A stretch of 64,000 bases of DNA from an uncultured Christensenella sp. GTDB taxonomy: Bacteria > Bacillota > Clostridia > Christensenellales > CAG-917. Where the stretch lies: NCBI GenBank assembly GCA_910584155.1, contig CAJTYG010000001.1, forward strand, positions 29,663 to 93,662, written 5' to 3'. Under the pieces are notes generated by a model. That model saw only the letters and a program-made list of their open reading frames with translations, searched no databases and had not been told where the DNA came from. Within the stretch, counting starts at the first letter, position 1. Each line of letters opens with the position of its first letter. Of this stretch, positions 29,305-39,800 are shown in pieces. The translations under genes were made by a program, and so were the position numbers.

Positions 29305-32040
29305 ATGCAAAAAAACAAAAAATTAGCATTGTTATTGATATTGTTGATGCTTGCGCTTTTATGTCTGCTTGCAGGCTGTAATGACAGAGAGATAGGATAC
29401 GACGTCAAATTTTTGCACTTTGTTGACGGAAATGGGCAGACGGTGTTCGATTTTCAGTTGGATCAGTATTATAAAAGCGATAAATTAAAGCAAAAGCTTA
29501 ATGAAGTAAATATTCCGTTTTATACTAAAAACGGCGCAAAATACCTTGACGGGACGGAATTTTCCGTAGACAAAGACAAAATCAACGAATATTTTGTCGC
29601 TCACGATGCGGACTGCACCGTATATGCCAAAGTATCGCTTTCAAAAAAAGATTATCCCGCTTACACTGTTGTGCTTAACCTTGTTCCCGTCGATTATACG
29701 GTCACATATCTCGATATAGAAGGCGCAACGTTTGACGGAGCGACGACCTATAATGTGGAATCCGATTCCGCCCTGAGCAAGCCGAGCAAGCCGTTTTATC
29801 GCTTTGCATATTGGTATGAAATAGGTGAGAATGATACGCAAAATGTCGTAAATGCCCTTCCTACAAACGAGCCGCACAATATAACGCTGTACGCAAAGTG
29901 GGAGCCGAAAAAAATAAATCTTGTATATCAAGGACTTTACGGCACGATAGCAAATCCAAACGAAGTAGAAGCTGTGTATCAAAGGGACGGCGCATACACT
30001 TTGCTGCCCGTTCAGTCCACCGCCGCATACGAATTTAAAGGTTGGAAGCTAAACGGAAATTATATTACGGAAATAGACCCTGTAGAGCTGTGGAATACGT
30101 CGTCCGACAGCTCGGAAATGCAGTTGACATTGACCGCCGATATCGAATTTAAACAGTTTGAAGTAAAATATTACGTCGGCGGCGAATTGAACGATACAAA
30201 AACATTCGATTACTTTACGTTGCAGGAGTTTGAAAATCCCGCCGTTCCGTCCATAGATCATTATGTCGGGCGTTGGTCGGAAGAAGTGACGGAATTTAAA
30301 AATTATATTATCACTGCGATATACGAGGTGGAACGGTTTGAAGTTGCCGTTTGCACCAACGTAAGCGGCTATTCGATAGAAACACAAAATTATGTATACG
30401 GCACAAAATATAAAACCGTTTATGACAAGCTGTCATACGAAAATAAAGTGCTTGTAGGGTTGTACTACGATGAAGATTGCTTAAACAAGGTCAACAAGGA
30501 CGATTTAATTGACAAGAGCGGCACATTATACGCAAAATGGTACGACCGCTACGTTATTTCATCCGCTGCCGATTGGGTTTTACTGTCTACTCATCCCTCT
30601 GCGTATTTTGTAATAGAAAACGATATAAACTTTTTAGGCGAAGCGATACCTATCGTAGCTGAATTTAACGGAGTGCTTGACGGGCAAGGGCATACGGTAA
30701 GCAATTTTAACAATCAAAACAGCTCGTGCGATATAATTTATGGGTTGTTCAGCAAAAACAACGGAACGATAAGCAATATTAACTATATCAACGGCAGTTA
30801 TAATGTCGTATCGCCTGAGGGTGCATATGACACCGGTATAGGCTTTTTGTGCGGAATAAACAAGGGCACTATTTCAAACGTACAACTGTCAAATGTGACG
30901 GTCAATATCACCAACAGACATTCCACAAAATGGTTGGACGAATTATCTGCAAGCAGTAGCGAGGTCAATTTACATTCCGGTGTGCTTGCTGCTATCAACT
31001 TAGGCACAATCTCACAAATTGAGCTTGATGAAACCGTGTTGGCGGAAATAAACACCTTTATGTATTCCTCAATCGGCAATGATTCGATCGATACATTCAG
31101 AACGTGGGGGCATTATGGACTGCTTGTAGGCACAAATAAAGGGCAGATCAACAGCGTAACAGCCTTGGGCTCGCTTTACAGCACGGCAACCCAAATGGAT
31201 GAAATAGATAAACAGATTTATACCGGGAACAATTACTTCCCGCTCCAAGCAGGCGGAATTGTGGGAAACAATGCGAAGGAAGGCACAGTCAGCGATGCTT
31301 TATGCAATGCTACAGTGAGGATAAATCTGGAGAGCGACAAAAGAAAGTTCTTCGGCATTGTTGATCTGGGTGGCATTTGCGCATTTAATAACGGGCAATT
31401 AAACAAATGCCGTGTAAGCGAAAGTGCTTTGTTGGATATTAGCTTTATACCCGGCATAAGGCTGAGTGGCACATCAGAAATAAGAATGGGCGGCGTATGT
31501 GGAAATAATGAGGGTGATAGTGCAATAATCAAGGCTTCCTATTCAGAGGCAAGATTTAAAATCGTCAGCACAAACAACCTCTATGTTGTGGACAAATTTA
31601 TTGGCGGAATAGCAGGGTTGAATACGGCTCGAGTCGCATATAGCTATGCGATAGTAAGAAGTGTAGAAGCCAGTATTAACAACCGCCGACAAGGCAATGA
31701 AAGTTTTGGCGGCCTGTTTGGATATGATAAATATAATTCATCGACAGGTCTTACGACACATTGCTTTGCAGTGCTTGACGTTGACCTTAGTTCACTTTCA
31801 ACTATGTTTAAATCTTATCAAGGGAAAGCCGAAGGGACTGTGATAAACAGCTTTGTTTATGCAACGGATACTGCCGCAGGATTTAACGACGACGAATATG
31901 TTGCGACGCTATGCGCAACAGAGCAGGAATTGTTTGCAGCCCTCGACAAAACCGAATACGAAGCTATGGGCTTCTCTTTTGCGGATAACTACCCGACCTT
32001 GCCGAATGTAGGAAAACAGCTCGAAAATCGGCGTATTTAG
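29305..32040 (+). CDS. Surface lipoprotein with Listeria-Bacteroides (InlB B-type) repeats and a GLUG-motif C-terminal region
   Basis: Lipobox LLAGC after the signal peptide. Repeats of the type Y.V.Y...G......Y......L..P....Y.F.GW/YW...LYAKW. Multiple GG[IVL].G (GLUG-like) motifs in the C-terminal half. Start moved to ATG 29305, after a GGGAGGAAAA RBS. Confidence 0.7.
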   Translation: MQKNKKLALLLILLMLALLCLLAGCNDREIGYDVKFLHFVDGNGQTVFDFQLDQYYKSDKLKQKLNEVNIPFYTKNGAKYLDGTEFSVDKDKINEYFVAHDADCTVYAKVSLSKKDYPAYTVVLNLVPVDYTVTYLDIEGATFDGATTYNVESDSALSKPSKPFYRFAYWYEIGENDTQNVVNALPTNEPHNITLYAKWEPKKINLVYQGLYGTIANPNEVEAVYQRDGAYTLLPVQSTAAYEFKGWKLNGNYITEIDPVELWNTSSDSSEMQLTLTADIEFKQFEVKYYVGGELNDTKTFDYFTLQEFENPAVPSIDHYVGRWSEEVTEFKNYIITAIYEVERFEVAVCTNVSGYSIETQNYVYGTKYKTVYDKLSYENKVLVGLYYDEDCLNKVNKDDLIDKSGTLYAKWYDRYVISSAADWVLLSTHPSAYFVIENDINFLGEAIPIVAEFNGVLDGQGHTVSNFNNQNSSCDIIYGLFSKNNGTISNINYINGSYNVVSPEGAYDTGIGFLCGINKGTISNVQLSNVTVNITNRHSTKWLDELSASSSEVNLHSGVLAAINLGTISQIELDETVLAEINTFMYSSIGNDSIDTFRTWGHYGLLVGTNKGQINSVTALGSLYSTATQMDEIDKQIYTGNNYFPLQAGGIVGNNAKEGTVSDALCNATVRINLESDKRKFFGIVDLGGICAFNNGQLNKCRVSESALLDISFIPGIRLSGTSEIRMGGVCGNNEGDSAIIKASYSEARFKIVSTNNLYVVDKFIGGIAGLNTARVAYSYAIVRSVEASINNRRQGNESFGGLFGYDKYNSSTGLTTHCFAVLDVDLSSLSTMFKSYQGKAEGTVINSFVYATDTAAGFNDDEYVATLCATEQELFAALDKTEYEAMGFSFADNYPTLPNVGKQLENRRI

Positions 32041-32132
32041 CGCAAACCTGCCCTAATTTCGGACAGGTTTGTTGCTTTAGCTTGATTTTCTCGCTGCTAC
32101 CGCACAAAAGATTATTTGCTATAATTTCAATC

Positions 32133-32388
32133 TGACGTTGTAAACTCAAGCCTCGTTTCGCATAATCTTTTGTTTAGTTTACAAACGTCACAATAAGTGT
32201 TTGATGTCAATTATTGATAAATAGAACCCCCGTGAAGAGCGAAGAAGGCAAGCTTGCTTGCAAAAAGAGGCGAAGCGTCCACTTCGGAAGAAGTGTCGTC
32301 AACCGTAGGTTGCAGGGCAAGAATTGCCCTGAGGGGTACAAGTCCCAAATATAATATTAAAAAAGCGCACCAACGGTGCGCATTTTTG
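32133..32388 (+). ncRNA. Candidate structured small RNA of unknown identity (speculative)
   Basis: Extended -10 TGcTATAAT at 32117-32125. A 5' hairpin at 32134-32146/32176-32189. A cluster of hairpins at 32224-32336, including CACUUC-GGAA-GAAGUG and CAGGGCAA-GAA-UUGCCCUG. Ends at the bidirectional terminator shared with tRNA-Asn. No ORF. Confidence 0.25.
32358..32388. terminator. Bidirectional rho-independent terminator downstream of tRNA-Asn
   Basis: aaaaa-gcgcacc-aac-ggtgcgc-attttt. Confidence 0.8.
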
Positions 32389-32390
32389 AG

Positions 32391-32466
32391 TGGCGCCTGT
32401 TGAGGGACTTGAACCCCCGACAATTCGGTTAACAGCCGAACGCTCTACCGACTGAGCTAAACAGGC
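32391..32466 (-). tRNA. tRNA-Asn (anticodon GTT), CCA encoded
   Basis: Reverse complement reads gcctgtttagctcagtcggtagagcgttcggctGTTaaccgaattgtcgggggttcaagtccctcaacaggcgcca. This gives a cloverleaf with a 7-bp acceptor stem, D arm agctc/gagc, anticodon loop ctGTTaa and T loop ttcaagt. Confidence 0.93.
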
Positions 32467-32885
32467 AAAGTATTGTCAATGCTTGATTATCATAATATTT
32501 TAAACTTACTTTGTCAAGGATTTTTTATTGATTATATGATTTATATAATAAACAGCGTGAATAATACGGCAAAAAAATACAAGCGTTTTTATAAGCATTA
32601 TATTTTTGATTTATCAAATATTAAAATGAGCATACTTCACTTTTATAAAGATTTATAAATTTGCATATAAGCTCTCTTAATATTTGACATAACGTTATAG
32701 ATAATATTTATAAATGCAATATAATAATACAAAAATTGTGTATATATTATAAAATTTGCATAAAAATACATAATATAAGGTTAAATTATAAAAAATAGAG
32801 CAAATTTTTATTGCGGATATGCTTATTGTTTGATAAGCTAATAACATAAAAACAAATCGAACTAAAGAATAAAGGAGATATATCA

Positions 32886-35800
32886 ATGAAAAGAAGAAAT
32901 GCAATCGTACTGATATGCCTCGTGCTGATTCTTGCAATGACGTTGACTTTGGTCGCCTGTGACAAGACCAAAAAATTTAAAGTCACGTTCAGCGGAGAGG
33001 GCATAGAAACTTTTACGCAGCAGGTGGAGGCAGGTAAAACAGTAGAAAAACCTGCCGACCCGACGAGGACGGGGCACAGGTTTGAATATTGGGCTCTGAA
33101 CGGTGAGGAATATAATTTTTCCACTCCTGTGAAAAAGAATATAGAGCTTGTTGCCGTTTGGGAAGTCGTTGGCACCGAGGATAGCGGATTTAATTTTGAG
33201 CTGGCGGCGGATGAAACTTATATTGTCAGCGCAAAGCAGGGCTTTGATTACGACGAAAAATATGGCGATTCGGTCACGCTTCCTTCAAGCTACAATAATG
33301 TTGAGGTCACTGCGGTCGGCTCTATGACGTATCTGACAAATTATGAGGTCATCATTCCGTCGACAATCAAGGAAATCAAAGGCAGTGCTTTTGAAGGCAA
33401 CGCATACGTTGGCGTAGTTGATATGTCGGCGTTTAGCGGTGTCATCGGCGAAAAGGCTTTTGCTGACAGCGAGGTCAAAATCGTTCAACTGGGCAAGGCG
33501 ACCTCTATAGGAAAAAATGCGTTTAAAAACGCTCCGATAAGTGCGATAACAATTCCAAAGACAGTTACCGCTATCGGCGATGAAGCGCTTCTCAGCGTTG
33601 AAATAATGGAAGTCGGCTTTGCGGGTGCGATACCTCAACTTGGTCAAAACGTATTCGGCGACGGAAGGCGCAGCGACGGCAAGATTAGCGTCATCGCAAC
33701 GCAGACGGCATGGGAAACGCTCATCGGCGAAGACGATAACACAAACAATGCGGCTATCGCTCAAAAAACAGGCTTAGCGGAAGCGAATATCGTGTATTAT
33801 ACCGACGAAGAGATGAATGACGGTTTGGCAATGGAAGGCATTTATCGCAACAAAGCGGAAGCAAAAATAGTATATCACAGCATAAGCCTTACTGCCGTCA
33901 TATACGATTATCTTAAAAACAGCGATATGACTACGGTCTCGGATTTGTATGATGAAAGTCATTTCTATGTAAATTTAGAAAATCTGGCGACGAGAGAAAC
34001 ATATTTCTTTGACAATACAAATCACACTATCGTTAAGTTGCAAAAGAACGCAAACGGCGAGGTAATACACGACGGCGTGCTGTATGACTATGTAGGTAAC
34101 GAAATTATTTATGCAGTGCCGACAGGTATCACAAAAATCGCAGGCGGCGCAGGCTTTGCAAACGCCAACGTGCGTTTTGTGGAAATGGGCAGCGACGTCA
34201 CCGAAATAGGCTCGTATGCGTTTGCATCGGGTCAGCTGTTTGGCATTACAATAGGCGAAAACGTATCGGACATTGCTCCGTATGCATTCTTCGGACACAA
34301 TTATCTGCAGCAAATCATATTTAAGGGAACAACTGTTCCTACTATCGGCTCTGCGGCATTCTGCACACAGCTTGAAACGCAGGGAATCGGACCGTCTATT
34401 CTTTGCACGACAACGGCGTTGAGCACCGATTTATATGTCTATACGGTTTTGGCAACATATGGATGGCCAACTGCGCCTGCGGACGCTTTGGTCGAAGCGC
34501 TCAACGCAAGCCTCGAGGAGCTTAAAGAGGACGGATTGCTTCCTGTATTCAAGGAAAATGAAGATGACGAGGGAGAATATGTGTCGTATACGTCAAGCAA
34601 TATGAAACAAATTACCACAGATTCGTCGTATTCGTCATATTTTTACAGCGTGGGCAAGCAATATGAAACCCCTTATGGCACGATAACGATGGCGGGCACT
34701 AGTAATGCGGGTTACGCAACTATCGAGTTTGCAGAGGAATCCGATTACGACGGCATAAGCTATGTTTATTATAAGAGCATGGGTTTGCCCGGGTATTCGA
34801 GCAGCGACGCCAACGACCCGAAGGAAATCGAGATATTTACAAGAAGATCTGCAGCTTTTTATAGTTTTAAGATATACGGACGCCTGATCGACGGTCGCTT
34901 TGTTGCACGTGGAAACGAAGCGGGCACGTTCGGCGAAATCGGACAGGATACTCTCGACCTCGACGGCTTCGGCAAATTTGTATTTTATGGCAAAGCGGGC
35001 AATACGGTTGAGGGAAGCTACACCGTAAGCGGATCCACGATAAGCTTTGACGGGCTTAGCGGCACTGCTACGATAAGCGAAAGAAACGATAAAGTTATCA
35101 TCAATTATAACAACAAGGATATGTTGCCTCTTGACGCAGCGGCAGGCGTATATTATGACACATTAAACGGCGCAAAGCTTACCATGGACGGCCGTGGACA
35201 TGCGACTATCGAGTTTGAAGGCGAGACGACAACAGTAAACTATACGTTTAAAAACTCCTCGGCATTAACTGTGGATAACTTCAAGGGCAAAGAGAGAGAA
35301 TGGAGCTTTTCCAAAACCTCAAAAGACTATGTAATACAATTCTATTATGATCCTGACAATTACAACAAGCAGCTCAGCTTTAAAACCGTTGAAACGGGCT
35401 TGAAGGGCACATTTACAAACGGAAGCAACAGCGTTACGCTTGACGGTTATTATGCAATAACTATCAATGACGGAACGGCGGAAAAGGTCGGCACATATCT
35501 CAATTTCCAAAATGCCGACACGTATCTTGTGACCGTTGACGGCGAAAAACTGATTATGAAGTTGAATAAGAACAATAATACGTTTGAGTTTGTAAGCGGA
35601 AACGAGGCGGGCGTTTGGTATACATCGTCAAGCGCAAATTACAGATGGTATTTTGACGGAGAAGGCAATTTCATCTATTATAAAGGCGATTATAACTTTG
35701 GAACGTATGAATTCGATACGACCACAGGCGAGCTTAATTTGGTATACGCAGGCAATGCAGTAAGCGGCGGCGAAAAGAGCAAACTGGATTTGAATAAGGG

Positions 35801-36200
35801 AATCGGAACGCTCATTTATAATTACTCCGGCAATACCTATGCGGCAGTAAGCAGAATTCCTTTCGACTCGTATAAAACGACTTGGGGCAGCGATACGCCG
35901 ACATTCAGTTCCAATTCGATGTCTATAGAATTTACAAGCGGTGATAAACAAATCAGCACATCCCAAAGCTTTTACTTCTGCAAGACGGGAAATACGCTGT
36001 TTATATATCCCTACGGCAAACCTATGGTGATAGTGACAATGGACGGCGAGCTTAACGGCAATTCCTGTGAATTCAGCTATGTTCTGACAAGCAGCGACGT
36101 GACGTTTACGGTAAATGTAAGAGCAACGTTTGAAGTGACGGACGGAGTCGCAAAAGCGACGGTCAAGCTTATCGGACAACCGCAGGTGGTAACCGAATAA
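32886..36200 (+). CDS. Large surface lipoprotein: InlB B-type repeat + BspA-type leucine-rich repeats + long C-terminal region
   Basis: Lipobox LVAC. FKVTFSGEGIETFTQQVEAGKTVEKPADPTRTGHRFEYWALNGEEYNFSTPVKKNIELVAVW is a Listeria-Bacteroides repeat. IPSTIKEIKGSAFEGN..., ...IGKNAFKNAPISAITIPKTVTAIGDEAL and ...IGSYAFAS... are LRR_5/BspA-like repeats. Confidence 0.7.
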   Translation: MKRRNAIVLICLVLILAMTLTLVACDKTKKFKVTFSGEGIETFTQQVEAGKTVEKPADPTRTGHRFEYWALNGEEYNFSTPVKKNIELVAVWEVVGTEDSGFNFELAADETYIVSAKQGFDYDEKYGDSVTLPSSYNNVEVTAVGSMTYLTNYEVIIPSTIKEIKGSAFEGNAYVGVVDMSAFSGVIGEKAFADSEVKIVQLGKATSIGKNAFKNAPISAITIPKTVTAIGDEALLSVEIMEVGFAGAIPQLGQNVFGDGRRSDGKISVIATQTAWETLIGEDDNTNNAAIAQKTGLAEANIVYYTDEEMNDGLAMEGIYRNKAEAKIVYHSISLTAVIYDYLKNSDMTTVSDLYDESHFYVNLENLATRETYFFDNTNHTIVKLQKNANGEVIHDGVLYDYVGNEIIYAVPTGITKIAGGAGFANANVRFVEMGSDVTEIGSYAFASGQLFGITIGENVSDIAPYAFFGHNYLQQIIFKGTTVPTIGSAAFCTQLETQGIGPSILCTTTALSTDLYVYTVLATYGWPTAPADALVEALNASLEELKEDGLLPVFKENEDDEGEYVSYTSSNMKQITTDSSYSSYFYSVGKQYETPYGTITMAGTSNAGYATIEFAEESDYDGISYVYYKSMGLPGYSSSDANDPKEIEIFTRRSAAFYSFKIYGRLIDGRFVARGNEAGTFGEIGQDTLDLDGFGKFVFYGKAGNTVEGSYTVSGSTISFDGLSGTATISERNDKVIINYNNKDMLPLDAAAGVYYDTLNGAKLTMDGRGHATIEFEGETTTVNYTFKNSSALTVDNFKGKEREWSFSKTSKDYVIQFYYDPDNYNKQLSFKTVETGLKGTFTNGSNSVTLDGYYAITINDGTAEKVGTYLNFQNADTYLVTVDGEKLIMKLNKNNNTFEFVSGNEAGVWYTSSSANYRWYFDGEGNFIYYKGDYNFGTYEFDTTTGELNLVYAGNAVSGGEKSKLDLNKGIGTLIYNYSGNTYAAVSRIPFDSYKTTWGSDTPTFSSNSMSIEFTSGDKQISTSQSFYFCKTGNTLFIYPYGKPMVIVTMDGELNGNSCEFSYVLTSSDVTFTVNVRATFEVTDGVAKATVKLIGQPQVVTE

Positions 36201-36274
36201 ACAATAAAGCAGGCGCTTTAAAAAACAAAAACCGCAGTCTGACTGCGGTTTTTTTATGGACTTGACGTGCAAAA

Positions 36275-36829
36275 TCAATCGATTTTTATGCCGTATACAT
36301 AATGCGTTTTGTCTATGCGCAATATCCGCTGAAAGCCGACTCTTTCACAGAAAGCGACGGCGGACGGGGTGTCCGCAACGGTGTATACGCCCGATACGTT
36401 TATTTCCTTGAGGTGGGCAACGAGCGTTTCAACAAGCGCTTTTGCGCCGCCCTTGCCTCTGAAGGAGGGCAGTATGCTGATATGCAGGTGTGCGGAATAT
36501 TGCTTTGGCACGGCAAGCAGTTTTTTTTGCAGGCGCAGCTCTTTGCGGAACTGCTTTTTATCCTCCTCTTTTACGATAGCGAGGTATGTTGGATATAGGT
36601 CTGAAAAGCTTTGCCTGTCCACGCTGCATACGGCGTAGCCTGCGGGCTTATCGAACTCGTCCGTCATCACAAAGCAATGCTGAGGCTCGTGGTCGATGTA
36701 GTAGTCGCAGCGGACTGCGGACACTGCACGCATAGAGCCCCTTTCGTCATCGTGATATGCGATTGATTTTACTGCTTTAGCGTCCTCTTTTCTATACTGT
36801 CTGATCATTGCTTGATTTGTTGTATCCAT
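36275..36829 (-). CDS. GNAT-family N-acetyltransferase
   Basis: MIRQYRKEDAKAVKSI..., then LHISILPSFRGKGGAKALVETLVAHLKE (acetyl-CoA-binding Q/RxxGxG/A motif) and ...AVAFCERVGF. The start may be the internal ATG at 36808. Confidence 0.75.
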   Translation of the reverse strand: MDTTNQAMIRQYRKEDAKAVKSIAYHDDERGSMRAVSAVRCDYYIDHEPQHCFVMTDEFDKPAGYAVCSVDRQSFSDLYPTYLAIVKEEDKKQFRKELRLQKKLLAVPKQYSAHLHISILPSFRGKGGAKALVETLVAHLKEINVSGVYTVADTPSAVAFCERVGFQRILRIDKTHYVYGIKID

Positions 36830-39800
36830 ATAGCTTGAGCATATCTATCTTTATTTCGTGCGTGGTCTCGTCAAGCACCATACTCGAGATGAGCCGTTGC
36901 AGCGTCACGTCCTCGAGGGCGAGGCGGACGTATTCGTTGACGTCCGTCACGTGCGACCAAATTATGAGGTCGCCTATGGTCATATCGGTGAGCACGTCGC
37001 CGAATACGCTGCCAAGCTCAGAAAGCTTTGCCTGCTTTATCAGCTCGTTGTCGAACAGACTGCCGGGCTCTGCTTCGATGAGGTCGCCCACCGTAGCGTT
37101 GTTGATGATGTTGCTCATCTCGCCTATAGTGCCTCTTGCAAGCATACGCAGCACGGGCGAGCTCTTTTCCCTTATAAAGGTGACGGGGGCGATATCGAGC
37201 TCCGTCACACGGGTGGTGCCCGAGGTATAGGACACTTCGTTGAGCATTGCGATATAACCTATTTTGCGGTCAAAGCGTTGCAGCTCGTCCGAGTGGATAT
37301 TTGCGTCGTAGGGCACATACTGTCCGTCCACAAACACAAACTCGCCGTTTTGAGCAAAAACGTAGATATTTTCACATTCTCTGCGTGCAAAATAGATTCC
37401 GTCCTCGTGCGTAACGCCCGTATCGGGCTCCGTATAGGCGCCCATAGATTTGAAATCATGTCCGCTGAGTACGTCGGCAAGCTTTTGCACGTCGTTTCTG
37501 TCTACTATGAACGTGGGCTCGCCCGTTGCGGATCTTTCAAACGTATACAATGGCTTATCCGCAAATGCGGGGTCGTTTTCGATGTGGGGTATATAGCCTC
37601 TGAAATTGTCTCTTATCACTATGCCGTAGGCAGGATCCGTGCCCGTATACGAATATACTGTGCCCTTAAACACTGTCCTGTTGTCCACGTCGGCGTCGGT
37701 TTTGCCGCTGACCGCCTCTCTGTAGAAAATCTGATTGTGATATTTTCCGCTCAGTGTGGGCACGGGCGTTGTGCCGACCATTGTGTACTCAGTGTGCGTG
37801 AGCATGTATGTGCACAGCACCATATTGCGTGTATATTCGTTGGTTTTGCCGTCAAAATAATACAGGTTGCCCTTTGCGGTGTAGGCTACGCTGTTTTCCA
37901 TGACCTCCTTGGGGGTGGAGCCGAGCGTGCTATAGGGCTTATAGGTGTAATATATCGTGCTTTCGCTGACGTTTTGGTCTATCGTCACGGGACGGAAGTT
38001 GGCTTTTGTATACTCGCCGTAGATGTCGTAAACATAGACGTATTTTGTGCCGTTGTCCGTGTAATTGTCATTTTTGTCAAATTCCACAAAATAGCTGCCG
38101 TTCTCGTCAAAGGTGTTGTCAAACTCGCCGAGCGTCACTGCGTATTCCGAGTAAACCTCGATAAATTCAGACAGCATCATATCGTCAATTATCACTTCCA
38201 TAGCGTCGGACATTGCGTCTATTTTGACGTAGGCGAGCTTTTTCATAAACGAAGCGCTGTCGCCCGACTGCGCAATGCGATAGAACGTGACGTTTTGATT
38301 TGAGCTTATATACTGTGCGTCTGCGACACGGTAAACGCTGTTTGTAGCGTCATAATAGAAGTATCTTTCGCTTGGGTGCGTGTCTATATAGTCGATGTCA
38401 ACGGCTGCATAGACGTCGGCGTCTATCTCGAGCACGTCGGCAAGCATAAGCTGATCGAACGAGCTTGAGAAGCTGCCCAAGGTTGCGCCTGCAAAGCGCT
38501 GAAGCAGTGCGGACGAGGCGGCGCCGTCATCTGGCAAACGCTCGTATCTCTGCTGTCCTGCGTGCTGTGCGGGGTTATACAGCGTGTAGTAGTTGCCGTC
38601 CGAGATATAAACGTATTTACCTGTGGGGCTTTCCTCGTAAGAGTACCTTACAATATCTATCATCTCGTCAAGCGTAAGCTCGTTTGCAACGGTGCCGAGC
38701 TCGAGTATCTTGCAGTTGCGTGCCGCAAGCGATTTGATTATCCTTGCCGTATCGTCCGTGATTTCTATGACGTCGTTTATTGTGAGGTTTGCAAGCAGAT
38801 TGTCCGCATTTTGCAGCTCGTTCACCGTGAGGTGTGCGATAGTTTGCAGCAGGGTGGTCGAGGTGCCGATATGCACACGCTTGTAGGTGTGTCTTGCGGT
38901 CAGACCGCTCACGATTTGCATTTCGCTGTCGGAGGTTATTACGTCGTCTGTGACAGACCAGATGTCGTCGTCTATGTTGTCAAAATCGGACAGGGGATAT
39001 ACGCCCGTCTGCAACGCCGTAAAATCATAGCCTGCGCCGCCGTTTATTATTTTGCCAACTCTGTTTGCGTAGCCTATCGCATACTGCTGTGCATCGGGCG
39101 CAGCAGAGGCGGGCACTTTTTCGTAGATAACGTGCATATAGATGTCTGCACTGTTGACGTTTTCCTTGCTTAAAGCCTTGTTGTCCACGACGTATTTGGT
39201 CGTTTCCTGTCCGTCCACTGTCACGGTTTTTTTGACAAACAGAGTGGTGATTTCCTTAAGGCAGTCCGCAACGCCGTCGCCGTCGCTGTCCTCGCCGCCC
39301 ACTGTAGACGTTTCAAACAAAAGACCGTCCGCAGGCTCCGTGCTGTACTGTACGTATCTGTCCGCCGCTATATAGCGGTCAAAAGTTGTGGGGATAAATA
39401 TATCCGTATCCGCATTGAGCAGGGCGTTCACTCGCAAAAAGTTGATAACGTTGCCGAATTCGGACAAAACTACGTCCTGCAGCTGCTTGAGCAGCGCATT
39501 GTCCTCAACGCCGAGGTCTATGCCGAAGCTGTCCTTTATGGCACGTATGGAAAGGTCGCCGTTGAGCGAGCCGAGGATATTGTCCATTGCCGTTGACAGA
39601 TTATTGTCTAAGTTATCCGTCAAAACGGGCAGGTTATATGACGCAAAATCAACGCCCGCTATCTTGCTCACGTCGTTGAGCGTAAACGAATTTACGATGA
39701 TGGACAGGTCGTTGACGAGGTCGGTGATGGGCACCGTATAAAAATCTTTTGTCGTAAAATCTATGCCGCTTATTCCGTTTAAAAGCTTTATGCCGTAGTG

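Noticed and set aside
32324-32345. T-arm-like sequence (gaggggtacaagtccc) near tRNA-Asn as an att-site duplication or pseudo-tRNA
   Set aside because: It is in the opposite orientation to the tRNA, so it is not a direct-repeat att scar. The surrounding sequence cannot be folded into a cloverleaf.
36858-38303. 481-aa plus-strand ORF, plus 38562-39173 and others, opposite the 1088-aa gene
   Set aside because: These are shadow ORFs on the antisense strand. They have no RBS, a biased composition (Arg, His, Val, Cys runs), and the minus-strand frame is uninterrupted for 3.3 kb.
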